DNA of 61,779 nt, filler included, from Nitrospinota bacterium (GTDB lineage Bacteria > JAUXIQ01): NCBI GenBank assembly GCA_030620925.1. It is 7 parts of 7 records of this genome, joined end to end, with 100 filler letters (N's around TTAATTAATTAA, not from the genome) between each part and the next. Parts side by side here need not be neighbours in the genome. Positions count along the whole stretch, not along the records: positions 6,950 to 24,304 come from JAUXIQ010000006.1; positions 24,405 to 31,653 come from JAUXIQ010000092.1; positions 31,754 to 39,184 come from JAUXIQ010000089.1; 4 more parts are not named here. The stretch is one strand, 5' to 3'. Made by a program: the position numbers and the translations under genes. Below, piece after piece: positions 20,762 to 31,874 of this stretch (position 1 is its first letter; each line of letters begins with the position of its first letter). The notes below the pieces were generated by a model, which was given only the letters and a program-made list of their open reading frames with translations, was not told the origin of the DNA and did no database searches.

Positions 20762-21133
20762 ATGGCCCGTATAGCCGGTATTGATATTCCCAACGATAAA
20801 CGGGTGGAGGTGGCCCTCACGTACATACACGGTATCGGACGAACGTCAGCCAAGAAAATCATCCAGGACGCCCAGATTGACCCTAATCAGCGGGTAAAAG
20901 AGCTCACGGAAAAGGATATTATCCGTCTGAGGGAAATAATAGAGCAAAGCTATAAGATAGAGGGCGACCTCAGAAGAGAAGTGTCTTTTAACATTAAACG
21001 CCTTATGGATATAGGTTGTTATCGCGGGTTAAGGCACAGACGGTCTCTACCCGTACGGGGACAAAGGACCAGAACCAATGCCCGCACCAAAAAGGGGCCC
21101 GGTAGGAAAGTCGGCATGCGGGCGAAAAAGTAG
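20762..21133 (+). CDS. rpsM: 30S ribosomal protein S13
   Basis: MARIAG and [14 protein letters not shown]. Confidence 0.98.
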   Translation: MARIAGIDIPNDKRVEVALTYIHGIGRTSAKKIIQDAQIDPNQRVKELTEKDIIRLREIIEQSYKIEGDLRREVSFNIKRLMDIGCYRGLRHRRSLPVRGQRTRTNARTKKGPGRKVGMRAKK

Positions 21134-21141
21134 GGGGTGAA

Positions 21142-21540
21142 ATGGCCAAAACGAAAAAACAGAAAGGTTCACGAAAGAAGAGGGAAAGAAGGGCCATAGG
21201 CGAAGGCGTTGCTCACATCCAATCCACCTTCAATAACACTATCGTCACAGTAACGGATGTCTCCGGAAACGTACTCACCTGGGCCAGCTCGGGAGAACAG
21301 GGGTTCAAGGGGTCACGGAAGAGCACCCCCTTTGCCGCTCAGATGGCCGCCGAAACAGCGGGCAAGCGCGCCATGGATATGGGAGTCAATAAAGTGGAGG
21401 TGCGAGTAAAAGGGCCTGGAGCGGGGAGAGAGGCTGCCATAAGGTCTTTGAAAGCGGTGGGCCTGGAAGTGACTCTGATCAGAGACGTTACACCCATTCC
21501 ACACAACGGATGCCGCCCCCCCAAGCGGCGTAGAGTGTAG
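21142..21540 (+). CDS. rpsK: 30S ribosomal protein S11
   Basis: TFNNTI and [18 protein letters not shown]. Confidence 0.98.
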   Translation: MAKTKKQKGSRKKRERRAIGEGVAHIQSTFNNTIVTVTDVSGNVLTWASSGEQGFKGSRKSTPFAAQMAAETAGKRAMDMGVNKVEVRVKGPGAGREAAIRSLKAVGLEVTLIRDVTPIPHNGCRPPKRRRV

Positions 21541-21585
21541 GGAAGCAGGGGGCGCAGTATAATAGGCCTTTAGAGGGAGGAAAAT

Positions 21586-22215
21586 TTGGCAAGGTATAAC
21601 GATGCGGTGTGCAAGCTCTGCCGGCGGGAGGGGGAAAAGCTCTTCCTGAAGGGAGAGAGGTGCCTGAGCGACAAGTGCGCGGTGGAGAAGAGGAACTATC
21701 CTCCAGGAGAACATGGCCGCAGGCGCAGGGTAAAGCAGTCCGAATACGGCATACATCTCAGAGAGAAACAGAAACTCCGACGCACGTACGGTCTGCTGGA
21801 GAGACAATTCAGCAACTACTTTGAGCTGGCGGACAAGAAGAAGGGGATAACCGGAGAGAACCTCCTGATGATGCTGGAGATGAGACTCGATAGCGTCGTT
21901 CAGAGGTTGGGGTTCGCCTCTTCCAAGAGCTCGGCCAGACAAATCGTCCGCCACGGTCATATAACGGTGAACGACAGAAAGGTGAACATTCCTTCCTTTC
22001 AGGTAAAGCCCGGCCAGGTCGTTGCTGTAAAAGAAAAGAGCAAGAAGCTGGAAGCTATCAAGAACTCACTGGAGGCCGTCGAGCACAGAGGTATTCCTCA
22101 ATGGCTTGATCTGGATAAAGATAACATGAAGGGCACCGTGATGGACGTGCCCACCAGAGAGGATATCACTTCACCCATAAATGAACAACTGATAGTCGAG
22201 TATTATTCAAGGTAA
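21586..22215 (+). CDS. rpsD: 30S ribosomal protein S4 (Cys-containing N-terminus, TTG start)
   Basis: [14 protein letters not shown] and [10 protein letters not shown]. Confidence 0.98.
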   Translation: MARYNDAVCKLCRREGEKLFLKGERCLSDKCAVEKRNYPPGEHGRRRRVKQSEYGIHLREKQKLRRTYGLLERQFSNYFELADKKKGITGENLLMMLEMRLDSVVQRLGFASSKSSARQIVRHGHITVNDRKVNIPSFQVKPGQVVAVKEKSKKLEAIKNSLEAVEHRGIPQWLDLDKDNMKGTVMDVPTREDITSPINEQLIVEYYSR

Positions 22216-22296
22216 TCCACACCGCCTGTTGGCGGCCATCGGTAAGTAGTTCGCCAACCGAATTTGGTATCCGGATTTCGGAGGTGGAAGAAATAA

Positions 22297-23301
22297 ATGG
22301 AAGCTGTTTTAACTGAATTTCAGAAGCCCAAAAAACTGGAGTGTGAAAAGGAAACTCTCACTCCCACCTATGGAAGGTTTATCGCTGAGCCTTTGGAACG
22401 CGGCTTCGGCACTACCATGGGCAACTCTATTCGCAGGGTGTTGCTTTCCTCGCTTCAGGGTGCGGCGGTAACGGCGGTGCAAATAGAAGGTGCCTATCAT
22501 GAATTTTCCAGCATACACGGTATCGTTGAGGATGTCTCGGACATCATCCTGAATATCAAAGAACTTAAGTTGAGTAAATATGTTGAGCAGCCGGTGAACA
22601 TGTACATCCACTCAGAGGGAGAAAAAGTTGTAACCGCCGCCGATATTGAGACCGGCCCGGACGTGGAGATACTGAACCCTGATTTGCAAATCGCTACCCT
22701 CAACAAAGACGGAAAGCTCAATATGGAGCTTGTGGTGAAGACGGGCAGAGGCTACGTGCCGGCGGAAGATAACATTGAAGAGGGCATGCCTACCCAGATG
22801 ATACCTATCGACGCAGTCTTCGCCCCCGTCAACAAAGCAAATTTCGTGGTGGAAAAGACCAGAGTGGGCTTCTCCACCGACTATGATAAGCTCATTTTGG
22901 AAGTCCATACTGATGGCAGCATCAACCCCGAAGACGCCATCGCCCAGGCGGCGAAAATATTGAAGGACCACCTTCAGATTTTCATCAACTTCGAGGAGAA
23001 AGAAGAGCCTGAAGTGGATGAGGTGGATGAAGATAAGATCAAGATGGTGCAGAATCTGGCCAGGAGCGTGGAGGAGCTGGAGCTTTCCGTGCGCTCCGCC
23101 AATTGTCTGAAGAACGCCAATATAAAAACCATCCACGACCTGGTGCAGAAGACCGAGCAGGAGATGCTTAAAACAAGAAATTTCGGCAGGAAATCCCTCA
23201 ATGAGATAAAAGAGATACTGACGGCGATGAACCTGGTCCTGGGGATGAATCTTGAGGAGATGGAACTTCCCGAGCTGGAGGAGGAGCCGGCCGCCAACTG
23301 A
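22297..23301 (+). CDS. rpoA: RNA polymerase alpha subunit
   Basis: [21 protein letters not shown] and [10 protein letters not shown]. Confidence 0.99.
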   Translation: MEAVLTEFQKPKKLECEKETLTPTYGRFIAEPLERGFGTTMGNSIRRVLLSSLQGAAVTAVQIEGAYHEFSSIHGIVEDVSDIILNIKELKLSKYVEQPVNMYIHSEGEKVVTAADIETGPDVEILNPDLQIATLNKDGKLNMELVVKTGRGYVPAEDNIEEGMPTQMIPIDAVFAPVNKANFVVEKTRVGFSTDYDKLILEVHTDGSINPEDAIAQAAKILKDHLQIFINFEEKEEPEVDEVDEDKIKMVQNLARSVEELELSVRSANCLKNANIKTIHDLVQKTEQEMLKTRNFGRKSLNEIKEILTAMNLVLGMNLEEMELPELEEEPAAN

Positions 23302-23357
23302 GAGAGTATTGTTCACCTGTTACTGCAACGCACGGTTTGTGAAGAGGTCCCATCAGA

Positions 23358-23789
23358 ATGAGGCATATGAAACGCGGGAAAAAACTGGGTAGAAACGCAT
23401 CCCATAGAAAAGCTTTGATGCGCAACATGGCCGTTTCGCTTTTCAGGCACGAACGCATAGAGACAACAGAGGCAAAAGCCAAGGTGTTGAAGAGCTTCGC
23501 CGAGCGTATTATCACCCTGGCCAAGAGGGGAGACCTCCATGCGCGCAGGCTGGTAGCCGTGGACATAAACGACAAACAAATGGTGCAAAAGCTCTTCCAG
23601 GACCTGGGCCCTAGGTTCGCGGAAAGGAACGGCGGTTATACGAGGGTATTGAAGCTGGGCCACCGCAAAGGTGATGCAGCGCCCATGGCTCTGATTGAGC
23701 TCACGGATACAGAGGTCTTCGAAAAGAAGAAGCAGGAAAAAGAAGAGAAGGCCACAAGGAAACGGATAGAGGAAGAAGATTCGGGATAG
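23358..23789 (+). CDS. rplQ: 50S ribosomal protein L17
   Basis: MRH...KLGR and GGYTRVLK. Confidence 0.98.
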   Translation: MRHMKRGKKLGRNASHRKALMRNMAVSLFRHERIETTEAKAKVLKSFAERIITLAKRGDLHARRLVAVDINDKQMVQKLFQDLGPRFAERNGGYTRVLKLGHRKGDAAPMALIELTDTEVFEKKKQEKEEKATRKRIEEEDSG

Positions 23790-23817
23790 AGTAGGCAGTG
23801 CACAGGTTATGAATATG

Positions 23818-23849
23818 GGGGCAGATTAAACAATCTGCCCTTTTTCTTT
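23818..23849 (+). terminator. Intrinsic terminator ending the alpha operon
   Basis: GGGGCAGATT-AAAC-AATCTGCCCT followed by TTTTCTTT. Confidence 0.85.
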
Positions 23850-23920
23850 GATTACCGAAGTGATAAGATAAAAACCCAAAGGGGTTATGCGGTCTTTTAG
23901 GGAAGCGAGTGCCTGCAAAG

Positions 23921-24304
23921 ATGATCATCGGTGTCCCTACAGAAATAAAGGAAGACGAATACCGGGTGGGCATAACACCCGCCGGGGTCGCTGATTTGGT
24001 AAAGGGCGGCCATACTGTTCTAATACAGGAAGAGGCGGGCCGGGGAAGCGGAATCGAAGACGAAGAATTCATCTCCGCCGGGGCTCGAACGATAAAATCT
24101 CCTGCTGAGCTCTTCGAGCAGGCGGAGATGATAGTGAAAGTGAAGGAGCCCCTTCCCCGGGAGTATTCACTTTTCCTGAAAGGCCAAATACTGTGTACCT
24201 TCCTGCACCTGGCTCCCGCACCGGAACTTACCGATGCACTCCTTGAGAAGGACGTCATCGCTGTCGCCTACGAGACGGTGCAAATGGAAGACGGGACACT
24301 CCCC
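23921..24304 (+). CDS. ald: Alanine dehydrogenase (3' truncated by gap)
   Basis: MIIGVPTEIK..EYRV, VKVKEP, FLHLA and AYETV. Confidence 0.92.
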
Positions 24305-24404
24305 NNNNNNNNNNNNNNNNNNNNNNNNNNNNNNNNNNNNNNNNNNNNTTAATTAATTAANNNNNNNNNNNNNNNNNNNNNNNNNNNNNNNNNNNNNNNN
24401 NNNN
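24305..24404. other. Artificial contig linker
   Basis: N44-TTAATTAATTAA-N44. Confidence 0.98.
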
Positions 24405-24407
24405 AAA

Positions 24408-24998
24408 GTGTCCGCGAAAGATAACATCCGTCAGAAAATGCTCGCCTTGCGCAACTCTCAAGGAAAAGTTGAAACAGAAAGTAACAGCCGTAAAATCAAG
24501 GTCTGGCTTTTCAGCCTGGAAGTTTTTTCCAGCGCCGGAACGGTCTCCTTTTACCTCTCCACGGAAACCGAAGTGCAAACAGATGAGATGGTGAAAGAGA
24601 CCCTGGCTATAGGCAAGAAAGTAGTGGTTCCATATATAGTCGCCAGGGATGGTATTATGTCTTTCTCGGAATTGACGGACCCGGATGCGGAGCTGGTCCC
24701 CGGGCCTTATACCATCCGCCAACCCCGGAAGAAGTATTTGAGGCCGACACCGCTGGACAGAGTTGAACTTGTAATCGTGCCCGGATTGGCGTTCGATACC
24801 CGCGGCCATCGCCTGGGTTTCGGCAAAGGCTTTTACGATAAGATGCTGGCACAAAAGAAAGAAGGCACCTCCTGCGTGGGGCTCGCCTTCCGGTTTCAGG
24901 TTATGGACAATTTACCTGCTTTCAGTCACGACGTACCGATGGATTTCATCATCACCGAACAGGGAATAATCAGGATAGGGGAAAAGGGAACCGAATAA
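24408..24998 (+). CDS. 5-formyltetrahydrofolate cyclo-ligase
   Basis: VPGLAFD..GHRLGFGKGFYDK and HDVPMD. Typical position upstream of rny. Confidence 0.93.
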   Translation: MSAKDNIRQKMLALRNSQGKVETESNSRKIKVWLFSLEVFSSAGTVSFYLSTETEVQTDEMVKETLAIGKKVVVPYIVARDGIMSFSELTDPDAELVPGPYTIRQPRKKYLRPTPLDRVELVIVPGLAFDTRGHRLGFGKGFYDKMLAQKKEGTSCVGLAFRFQVMDNLPAFSHDVPMDFIITEQGIIRIGEKGTE

Positions 24999-25144
24999 AT
25001 ATTCTAGCTCTGTGGATTGAGACAACTGATCGTAAACACTTTCAGAAGCCCAGCACATTCGAAACGGCTGGTTATTCGCTCTAAACCGAAGGATAGAGGC
25101 TGAAGAATAGGGGCAGGGATGGAGCGTGAATAGGAGAATATGAA

Positions 25145-26731
25145 GTGGACGTACAGCTTGTGCAACTTTTACTGAATTTAAAGGGAATAGCTATTTACGC
25201 TATACCGTTCGTGGTGGGAATTCTAATAGGAGTCGTGCTGCGGAAAAAATTAACAGAGAGGAAGATAGCCTCCGCTGAAGAACAGGCCGCGAGTATAATC
25301 ACCCTGGCCGAAAAGGAAGCGCAGGCCAAAAAGAAAGAAACCATCCTGGAAGCAAAAGACGCACTGTACAAAGAAAAAGCCGATGTGGAGAAGGAACTCA
25401 AGGAAAAACGGACAGAGCTCAATAAGACGGAGCGTCGAGTAGTCGTCAGAGAAGAGAACCTCGATAAAAAGTCCGACCTCCTCGATCAGCGGGAAAAAGA
25501 AATTGCCAGAAAAGAGGAAAAAGCTTCCCAACGCCAAAATCAGTTGCTGGAACTCGAGAACAGGTACAACGAGCTTCTGGGCAAGGAAATGGAACGTCTG
25601 GAAAGGATAGCCCAGATGACCGTAACGGAAGCTAAAGAGGAACTGATGACACGCCTGGAATCCGAAGCCAAAGCCGAAGCCAGCAGCCGCCTGAAAAGAA
25701 TAGAAGAAGAAATCAAGGAAAGCGCCCAACACAAAGCTCAGGAAATTATAAGCAGCGCCATCCAGAAATGCTCATCGGAGCACGTGGCCGAAACAACAGT
25801 TTCAGTCGTCGACCTGCCCAACGACGAGATGAAAGGGCGCATAATCGGACGCGAAGGAAGAAACATAAGGGCCCTGGAGATCGCCACCGGGGTAGACCTC
25901 ATCATCGACGACACCCCCGAAGCCATAATCCTTTCAGCCTATGATCCCTTCAAGAGGGAAGTAGCGCGCCGCGCACTGGAGAAGTTAATGTCTGACGGCA
26001 GGATACACCCCGGCCGCATCGAAGACGTGGTGAACAAAGTAAAAAAAGAGATGTCGACCATCGTTAAAGAAGAGGGTGAACAGGCCGCATTTGAGACCGG
26101 CGTGGAAGGCATGCATCCCGAACTGATCAAACTCCTGGGTAAATTAAAATTCCGCTCCAGCTATTCACAGAACGTCCTCTTTCATTCCAAGGAGGTGGCA
26201 TACGTATGCGGAGCCATCGCAGCTGAACTGGGAGAGGATGCCCAGATGGCCAAACGGGCCGGTCTCCTTCACGATATAGGAAAGGCTGTGGACCACCAGA
26301 CCGAAGGAAGCCACACCCAGATAGGCGTGGAACTCGCCAAACGTTACAACGAACCAAAAATAGTAGTCGATGCCATCGCTGCACACCATCAGGATGTAGA
26401 GGCCAACTCGGTAATAGATGTGCTGCTGCAGGCAGGGGATACCCTCTCAGCAGCAAGGCCCGGCGCCAGAAGAGAGATGCTGGAAACTTACATCAAGCGC
26501 CTTCAGAACCTGGAAAAGATTGCAGACTCCTTCAAAGGAGTGGAAAAGGCTTACGCCATTCAAGCAGGACGGGAGATAAGGGTTATAGTCGTCCCCGAGC
26601 AGGTAAAGGATCACGAAGTGGGTTACCTTGCCAAGGATATAGCCAAAAAGATTGAGGGAGAGCTGGCTTACCCCGGAGAGATAAAAGTAACCATCATCAG
26701 GGAGACAAGGGCTGTGGAGTTCGCTAAATAA
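25145..26731 (+). CDS. rny: Ribonuclease Y
   Basis: N-terminal TM helix, coiled coil, KH domain ([14 protein letters not shown]) and HD domain (LLHDIGK). Confidence 0.97.
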   Translation: MDVQLVQLLLNLKGIAIYAIPFVVGILIGVVLRKKLTERKIASAEEQAASIITLAEKEAQAKKKETILEAKDALYKEKADVEKELKEKRTELNKTERRVVVREENLDKKSDLLDQREKEIARKEEKASQRQNQLLELENRYNELLGKEMERLERIAQMTVTEAKEELMTRLESEAKAEASSRLKRIEEEIKESAQHKAQEIISSAIQKCSSEHVAETTVSVVDLPNDEMKGRIIGREGRNIRALEIATGVDLIIDDTPEAIILSAYDPFKREVARRALEKLMSDGRIHPGRIEDVVNKVKKEMSTIVKEEGEQAAFETGVEGMHPELIKLLGKLKFRSSYSQNVLFHSKEVAYVCGAIAAELGEDAQMAKRAGLLHDIGKAVDHQTEGSHTQIGVELAKRYNEPKIVVDAIAAHHQDVEANSVIDVLLQAGDTLSAARPGARREMLETYIKRLQNLEKIADSFKGVEKAYAIQAGREIRVIVVPEQVKDHEVGYLAKDIAKKIEGELAYPGEIKVTIIRETRAVEFAK

Positions 26732-26749
26732 TCCGAAAGGGAAAAAGCT

Positions 26750-27529
26750 TTGCGAATCCTGTTCATAGGGGACATAATTGGAAAGAAGGGCAGACGCACC
26801 GTCAAAGAAGTTATATATAAAGTCATAGAAGAACACCATGTGGATTTATGCCTGGCCAACGGGGAAAATGCAGCGGGAGGTTTCGGCATTACCCCCGACA
26901 TCGCAGAAGAGCTATTCGATCAGCCCATAGATGTCCTCACCTCTGGAAACCACATCTGGGACCGCAAGGAGATTATAGACTATATCGAGAAAGAAAAATG
27001 TCTCCTCAGGCCCGCCAACTACCCTCAGGAAGCACCGGGAAGAGGCTCGATAATCTTCACCACCACCAACGGTTTGAAAGTGGGCATACTGAACCTGGAA
27101 GGGAGGGTATTCGTCAGCAACATCGAATGTCCTTTCAAAACGGCCACCAGGGAAATCACCGCCCTTAAAAAGCAGACCCCCATAATAATCGTGGATTTAC
27201 ACGCCGAAGCCACCTCTGAAAAAATGGCCATGGGCTGGTTCCTGGACGGGAAAGTCAGCGCCGTTGTGGGAACGCATACCCATGTGCAGACTGCGGACGA
27301 AAGAATTCTCCCGGGAGGCACGGCTTATATAACCGACGTGGGCATGACCGGACCCCGAGATTCGGTGATAGGTATTAAAAAGGAACAGGTGCTGGAAAGA
27401 TTCCTGACCAACGTGCCCCAAAGGTTCGAATGCGCCGGCGGACAGGGCATGTTCTGCGCCGTAATAATCGACGTAAACGAAAACACCGGCCTCGCCAATA
27501 CCATCGAACGCCTCAACCTGCTTCCCTGA
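26750..27529 (+). CDS. ymdB: YmdB-like metallophosphoesterase
   Basis: GENAAGG, SGNHIWD, HAEATSEK and GTHTHVQTAD; follows rny. Confidence 0.93.
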   Translation: MRILFIGDIIGKKGRRTVKEVIYKVIEEHHVDLCLANGENAAGGFGITPDIAEELFDQPIDVLTSGNHIWDRKEIIDYIEKEKCLLRPANYPQEAPGRGSIIFTTTNGLKVGILNLEGRVFVSNIECPFKTATREITALKKQTPIIIVDLHAEATSEKMAMGWFLDGKVSAVVGTHTHVQTADERILPGGTAYITDVGMTGPRDSVIGIKKEQVLERFLTNVPQRFECAGGQGMFCAVIIDVNENTGLANTIERLNLLP

Positions 27530-27736
27530 ACCGCGGCACACAGAACGCCTGCCGATTCACGCCACAGTCCGCTGAGTCTGAATCTCAAACAATAGAGTGG
27601 ACAATACCATGCAAAAGGTGGTAGAAAACTGGAGACGTAATATTTTGTAACCAGTACATATATGATGGTATTTGTATTATATCCTTGGAATAGACTGCAA
27701 GAGCATTAACTCAAAAAAAATAGTCATCTCAGGGGA

Positions 27737-28444
27737 ATGATGGACCCGAAAATTGTCACCATGATGGCCCTCGGTTTTCTGCTGGGCATAGAGCACGCCT
27801 TCGACGCCGACCACGTGGTGGCCGTATCCACCCTTGTTACCAAGAATCGCAATCTTAAAAAATCTTCCTTCCTGGGCATATTCTGGGGCATCGGCCACAC
27901 CACAACCCTGTTGGCCGTGGGTCTGGCCATACTGACCTTAAAACTCACCATCCCCAGCAAATTAGCGCTTTCCATGGAGTTCGTGGTGGGCGCAATGCTC
28001 GTCTTGCTGGGCGTCATGGTGCTTAAAGACGTCATCATCAAACGGATTCACATACATTCCCATTCACACGGCAAAGGGTCGCACCTCCACCTCCACGCTC
28101 ACCAGGAAGAGAAAACCCACGCTCATCAACATCTCATCAAACCGGAATTCAGGTCCCTCCTGGTGGGAATGGTTCATGGGCTGGCGGGGAGCGCGGTTTT
28201 GATCCTTCTGGTGTTGACCGCCGCGCCTTCAATTTCCAGCGGCTTGTTCTACATCCTTACTTTCGGCATAGGCTCCATAACCGGAATGATGTTGATCAGC
28301 ACCCTCATCAGCCTCCCCTTTATAGTAACCGCAAAGAAATTCGAAAACCTGAACGAGAAGATCAGAACCGGCGCCGGCCTGGTAAGCGTTGGATTGGGCA
28401 TAGTCATCATGCTGGATATCGGCATCGGGAAAGGGCTTTTCTAG
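27737..28444 (+). CDS. Nickel/cobalt permease (UreH/NiCoT-like)
   Basis: HAFDADH (HX4DH) signature, WGIGH, a His-rich loop and VHGLAGS. Confidence 0.85.
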   Translation: MMDPKIVTMMALGFLLGIEHAFDADHVVAVSTLVTKNRNLKKSSFLGIFWGIGHTTTLLAVGLAILTLKLTIPSKLALSMEFVVGAMLVLLGVMVLKDVIIKRIHIHSHSHGKGSHLHLHAHQEEKTHAHQHLIKPEFRSLLVGMVHGLAGSAVLILLVLTAAPSISSGLFYILTFGIGSITGMMLISTLISLPFIVTAKKFENLNEKIRTGAGLVSVGLGIVIMLDIGIGKGLF

Positions 28445-28520
28445 CCGCCCGCCGTTTGGGGTAAGCCGCCCTGTAAGTCCAATACTCCGTTAAAACTTTT
28501 GCATAAGGCGATATCGCACC

Positions 28521-29591
28521 ATGCCATCGAAAAAGACTGTCAGCGATGATAAACGAGTGCTGGCAATGGATATCGGCTCCGGCACTCAGGACGTCCTCTT
28601 ATACGACCCGGAGATTCCCATTGAAAACTGTGTGAAGATGGTGCTCCCCTCCCAGACCACCATCGTGGGAAGACGCATAGACGAGCTCACCGGGAAGGGA
28701 AAACCCATATTCCTCACCGGAAACCTCATGGGGGGCGGGCCGTGCTCCGGCGCCATAAAGAACCACCTCAAAGCGGGGCTCACAGTCCATGCCACGGAGC
28801 TGGCCGCCAAAACCCTCAATGACAACCTCGATGAGGTGCGGGAAAAGGGCGTGGTCATCACCGAAAAAGCCCCTTCCGGGGCGGTGGAAGTGGAAATGAA
28901 GGACGTGGACCTGGATGCCATGCGTTCCGCGCTGGCGCAGTTCCACGTAGAGCTGCCTTCGCGGTTTGCGGTGGCTGTGCAGGATCACGGCCATTCCCCC
29001 GTTATGAGCAACCGTAAGTTCCGCTTCCAGCACTGGAGAAACTTTCTGGAAGAGGGCGGGTTAATAAAAGAACTCGTCTATTCCGACATCCCACCCTACA
29101 TGACCAGAATGCTGGCCGTTCAGCGAGACCTGCCCGGCTCCATGCTCATGGACACCGGCAGCGCCGCCATCTGGGGCGCATTCAGCGATCCCGCCGTCGA
29201 ATCCAGAAGAGACCAGGGTATTCTCATATTGAACGTGGGGAACCAGCACACCGTCGGCGTCCTGGTGAAGAACGAACACATCCTCGGCCTGTTCGAACAC
29301 CACACCCGCATCCTCGATCCCTCCAGCCTGAAAGACTTTGTGGAAAGGCTCAGGGCAGCTGCCCTCACCGACGAGGAGGTCTTCGGCAGCGGCGGGCACG
29401 GAGCCCATATAACCCCTCGCTACTCTGAGCAGGAGCCCTACCCTTTCGTGGCCGTGACCGGCCCCCGGAGAGGTATGGCCGCAGAACTGGGCTACTACTT
29501 CGCCGTACCCAACGGGGATATGATGCTGGTGGGTTGTTTCGGCCTGGTCAACGCTCTGTTGAGCACAGAAAAGCTCAACGGAGGCAATTAG
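28521..29591 (+). CDS. DUF1786 family protein
   Basis: DIGSGTQD, ENCVKMVLPS, AVQDHG, NVGNQHT, FEHHT and GDMMLVGCFG recognised as this family. Confidence 0.8.
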   Translation: MPSKKTVSDDKRVLAMDIGSGTQDVLLYDPEIPIENCVKMVLPSQTTIVGRRIDELTGKGKPIFLTGNLMGGGPCSGAIKNHLKAGLTVHATELAAKTLNDNLDEVREKGVVITEKAPSGAVEVEMKDVDLDAMRSALAQFHVELPSRFAVAVQDHGHSPVMSNRKFRFQHWRNFLEEGGLIKELVYSDIPPYMTRMLAVQRDLPGSMLMDTGSAAIWGAFSDPAVESRRDQGILILNVGNQHTVGVLVKNEHILGLFEHHTRILDPSSLKDFVERLRAAALTDEEVFGSGGHGAHITPRYSEQEPYPFVAVTGPRRGMAAELGYYFAVPNGDMMLVGCFGLVNALLSTEKLNGGN

Positions 29592-29667
29592 AGGCAACAG
29601 CGCGTTCCGAGGGACAAAATATCTTCCGAGGATTGTGCGGGGGTAAAACCCGCCCTATTCGTGGAAG

Positions 29668-30582
29668 TTAATAGTAAATAGGGTTCAGCTTGAGGTTTTT
29701 GCCCATGCCCAGCGTGGTATTGAAAAGCTCGTTTATTCTTTCCGTGCTCAAGGGAGAATCCGAATAAAAGTAGCGTTCGGGGCCGGGCTGGGCCCAGATG
29801 GTTATCTTACCGCCCCCGATGCCCACCACCTGGCCCGTTATATCCGCTGCCTGGTCGCTGGCCAGGAAGAGCACAGCGGGCGCTATCTCCGAGGGTTCAC
29901 TGAAGACGTTGATTACGTTTTTTGAGATGGGCTTGCCCGACTTCTGGCTGCTTTCGGCGCTGGCCTGCACATCCTTGGCCATGCGTGTCAGCGCCAGAGG
30001 AGCGATGGCGTTGCAGGTAACGCCGTAGCGGTCCATATCCCTGGCCACGGCGTAAGTTAACCCGATAATGCCCGCCTTGGCTGCGCTGTAGTTGGCGCAC
30101 CCCGTCTCACCCCGGGAAGCGTCGGAGGCCACGTTGATTATACGCCCGCTCTTTTGCTGTCGCATGTATATGGTGGCGAACTTGGTGCAGGCGAAGTGGC
30201 CTTTGAGGTGCACGGCGAGAACTACATCCCACTCCTCTTCGGTCATGTTGAAGATCATCCGGTCCCTAACTATACCGGCGTTGTTCACCAGGATGTCTAT
30301 CTTTTTATAATTATCCATGGCGGTTTGGATAATCCTCTCCGCACCCTGCATGGCAGCCACCGAATCGTAATTGGCCACCGCCTCACCCCCCGCCTTCTTT
30401 ATCTCCTCAACCACCTGGTCGGCGGGCTCCTTCGCTTCCCCCTCGCCGGAGACGGCCCCGCCCAAATCGTTCACCACCACTCTGGCCCCGGCCTCGGCCA
30501 TCAGCAAGGCCACCGCCCTGCCGATGCCCCTTCCGGCCCCGGTCACCACCGCCACTTTTCCCTTTAGCTCCATTTCATTCAT
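29668..30582 (-). CDS. SDR family oxidoreductase (3-hydroxyacyl-CoA dehydrogenase-like)
   Basis: TGAGRGIG, VVVNDLG, NNAGIVRD and YSAAK. Confidence 0.9.
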   Translation of the reverse strand: MNEMELKGKVAVVTGAGRGIGRAVALLMAEAGARVVVNDLGGAVSGEGEAKEPADQVVEEIKKAGGEAVANYDSVAAMQGAERIIQTAMDNYKKIDILVNNAGIVRDRMIFNMTEEEWDVVLAVHLKGHFACTKFATIYMRQQKSGRIINVASDASRGETGCANYSAAKAGIIGLTYAVARDMDRYGVTCNAIAPLALTRMAKDVQASAESSQKSGKPISKNVINVFSEPSEIAPAVLFLASDQAADITGQVVGIGGGKITIWAQPGPERYFYSDSPLSTERINELFNTTLGMGKNLKLNPIYY

Positions 30583-30943
30583 CCCCTATCACAAAAATTG
30601 TATACCGCCGGTCGCGACCGTATAAGTAAGAGCACGGCACGCCTTGCTCCCGCATGATTACGTCCGGAAGGCACCCTTCCAGGATAGTAGGAGCGGCATC
30701 TCGCCGTGACCATTTCCCCAGGGCAGGTTAACTCTCCCTCCGGCGGGCATAATACAATATCAGCCACACTCTGGCAACACCATTGATGCCGCCCCTGTTC
30801 ATTCCGTGCGATGCGGAAAAAATTATCAGGTAATAAAAGATTAATTTTTCATTATAACCCGTAATCTTTTCCCTTTTAATGGGCGATAAACAAGATGCGG
30901 ACTAACGCCGCAACGCGTGGCGTCCAAAGGGGAGGAAACACTC

Positions 30944-31653
30944 GTGAAACCGGAAGAAAGGGTCGCGCTGGTAACGGGAGCCAGCTCCGGCATCGGCAGG
31001 GCGGTCGCCCTGCTGCTTGCTCAGCGGGGCTTCACCGTCTATGGGACGAGCCGCAACCCGTCGAGCTGTGAGAAGGTGCCCGGCGTGGAGTTGCTGCCCC
31101 TGGACGTGCGTTCTGACGAGTCGGTGAACGCATGCGTGAGCGCGGTGTCAAAGCGAACGGGGCGATTGGACATCCTTGTCAATAACGCCGGTCACGTGCT
31201 GGACGGTGCAATTGAAGAAACCGCGTTGGCGGAGGCAAAGGCGCAGTTCGAGACCAGCTTTTTTGGCACGTTTCGGATGATCAAGGCGGTGCTGCCGATC
31301 ATGCGCAGAAAGGAATCTGGACGGATCATAAACATCAGCTCACTGGCCGGGCTGACTGCTATTCCGTTCGTTGGGTTTTACACAGCAAGTAAATTTGCGC
31401 TGGAAGGGTATACCGAGGCGCTTCGTCATGAGGTCAAACCATTTAACATCCTGGTCTCGATAATAGAGCCGGGGTTCATCAAGACCAACCTGATAAACAA
31501 CCGGCAGAATACTGCCGATCGGATCAGCGACTACGACCCATGGCGCCAGAGGGCTTTAGAAGCGGTGCTGCAACACGAAAAAGAAGCCCCCGAGCCGACA
31601 CTTGTGGCCAAATGCGTTACTCGGGTAATAGAAAGCAAATCGCCTAGGCTGAG
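30944..31653 (+). CDS. SDR family oxidoreductase (3' truncated; start uncertain)
   Basis: TGASSGIG, NNAG, YTASK and IEPGFIKT. Confidence 0.88.
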
Positions 31654-31753
31654 NNNNNNNNNNNNNNNNNNNNNNNNNNNNNNNNNNNNNNNNNNNNTTA
31701 ATTAATTAANNNNNNNNNNNNNNNNNNNNNNNNNNNNNNNNNNNNNNNNNNNN
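31654..31753. other. Artificial contig linker
   Basis: N44-TTAATTAATTAA-N44. Confidence 0.98.
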
Positions 31754-31874
31754 ATCCCTTGCGATAGAAGGAGGGTCAGCGAAGAGCAGTAGAGAAGATG
31801 CTTGACTATGGGTGAAAATACCGGGAAAGGAGTTTCGGGGACTCCGCCCTCGGTGCAGCCCCCGGAGCTTTAAT

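Noticed and set aside
24405-24420. 6S RNA expected upstream of the 5-FTHF cyclo-ligase gene
   Set aside because: The contig starts at the gene, so the region is not present. No tRNA or rRNA genes were recognised anywhere in the window.
27600-27736. NikR operator or cobalamin riboswitch upstream of the Ni/Co permease
   Set aside because: Only weak imperfect palindromes are present, and there is no B12-box.
29637-29657. GCGGG/CCCGC hairpin between convergent genes
   Set aside because: It is too short to distinguish a REP remnant from a weak terminator or chance.
30660-30680. GTCCGGAAGG resembling the SRP RNA domain IV loop
   Set aside because: The flanking CAGG and AGCAGC of the SRP consensus are absent.
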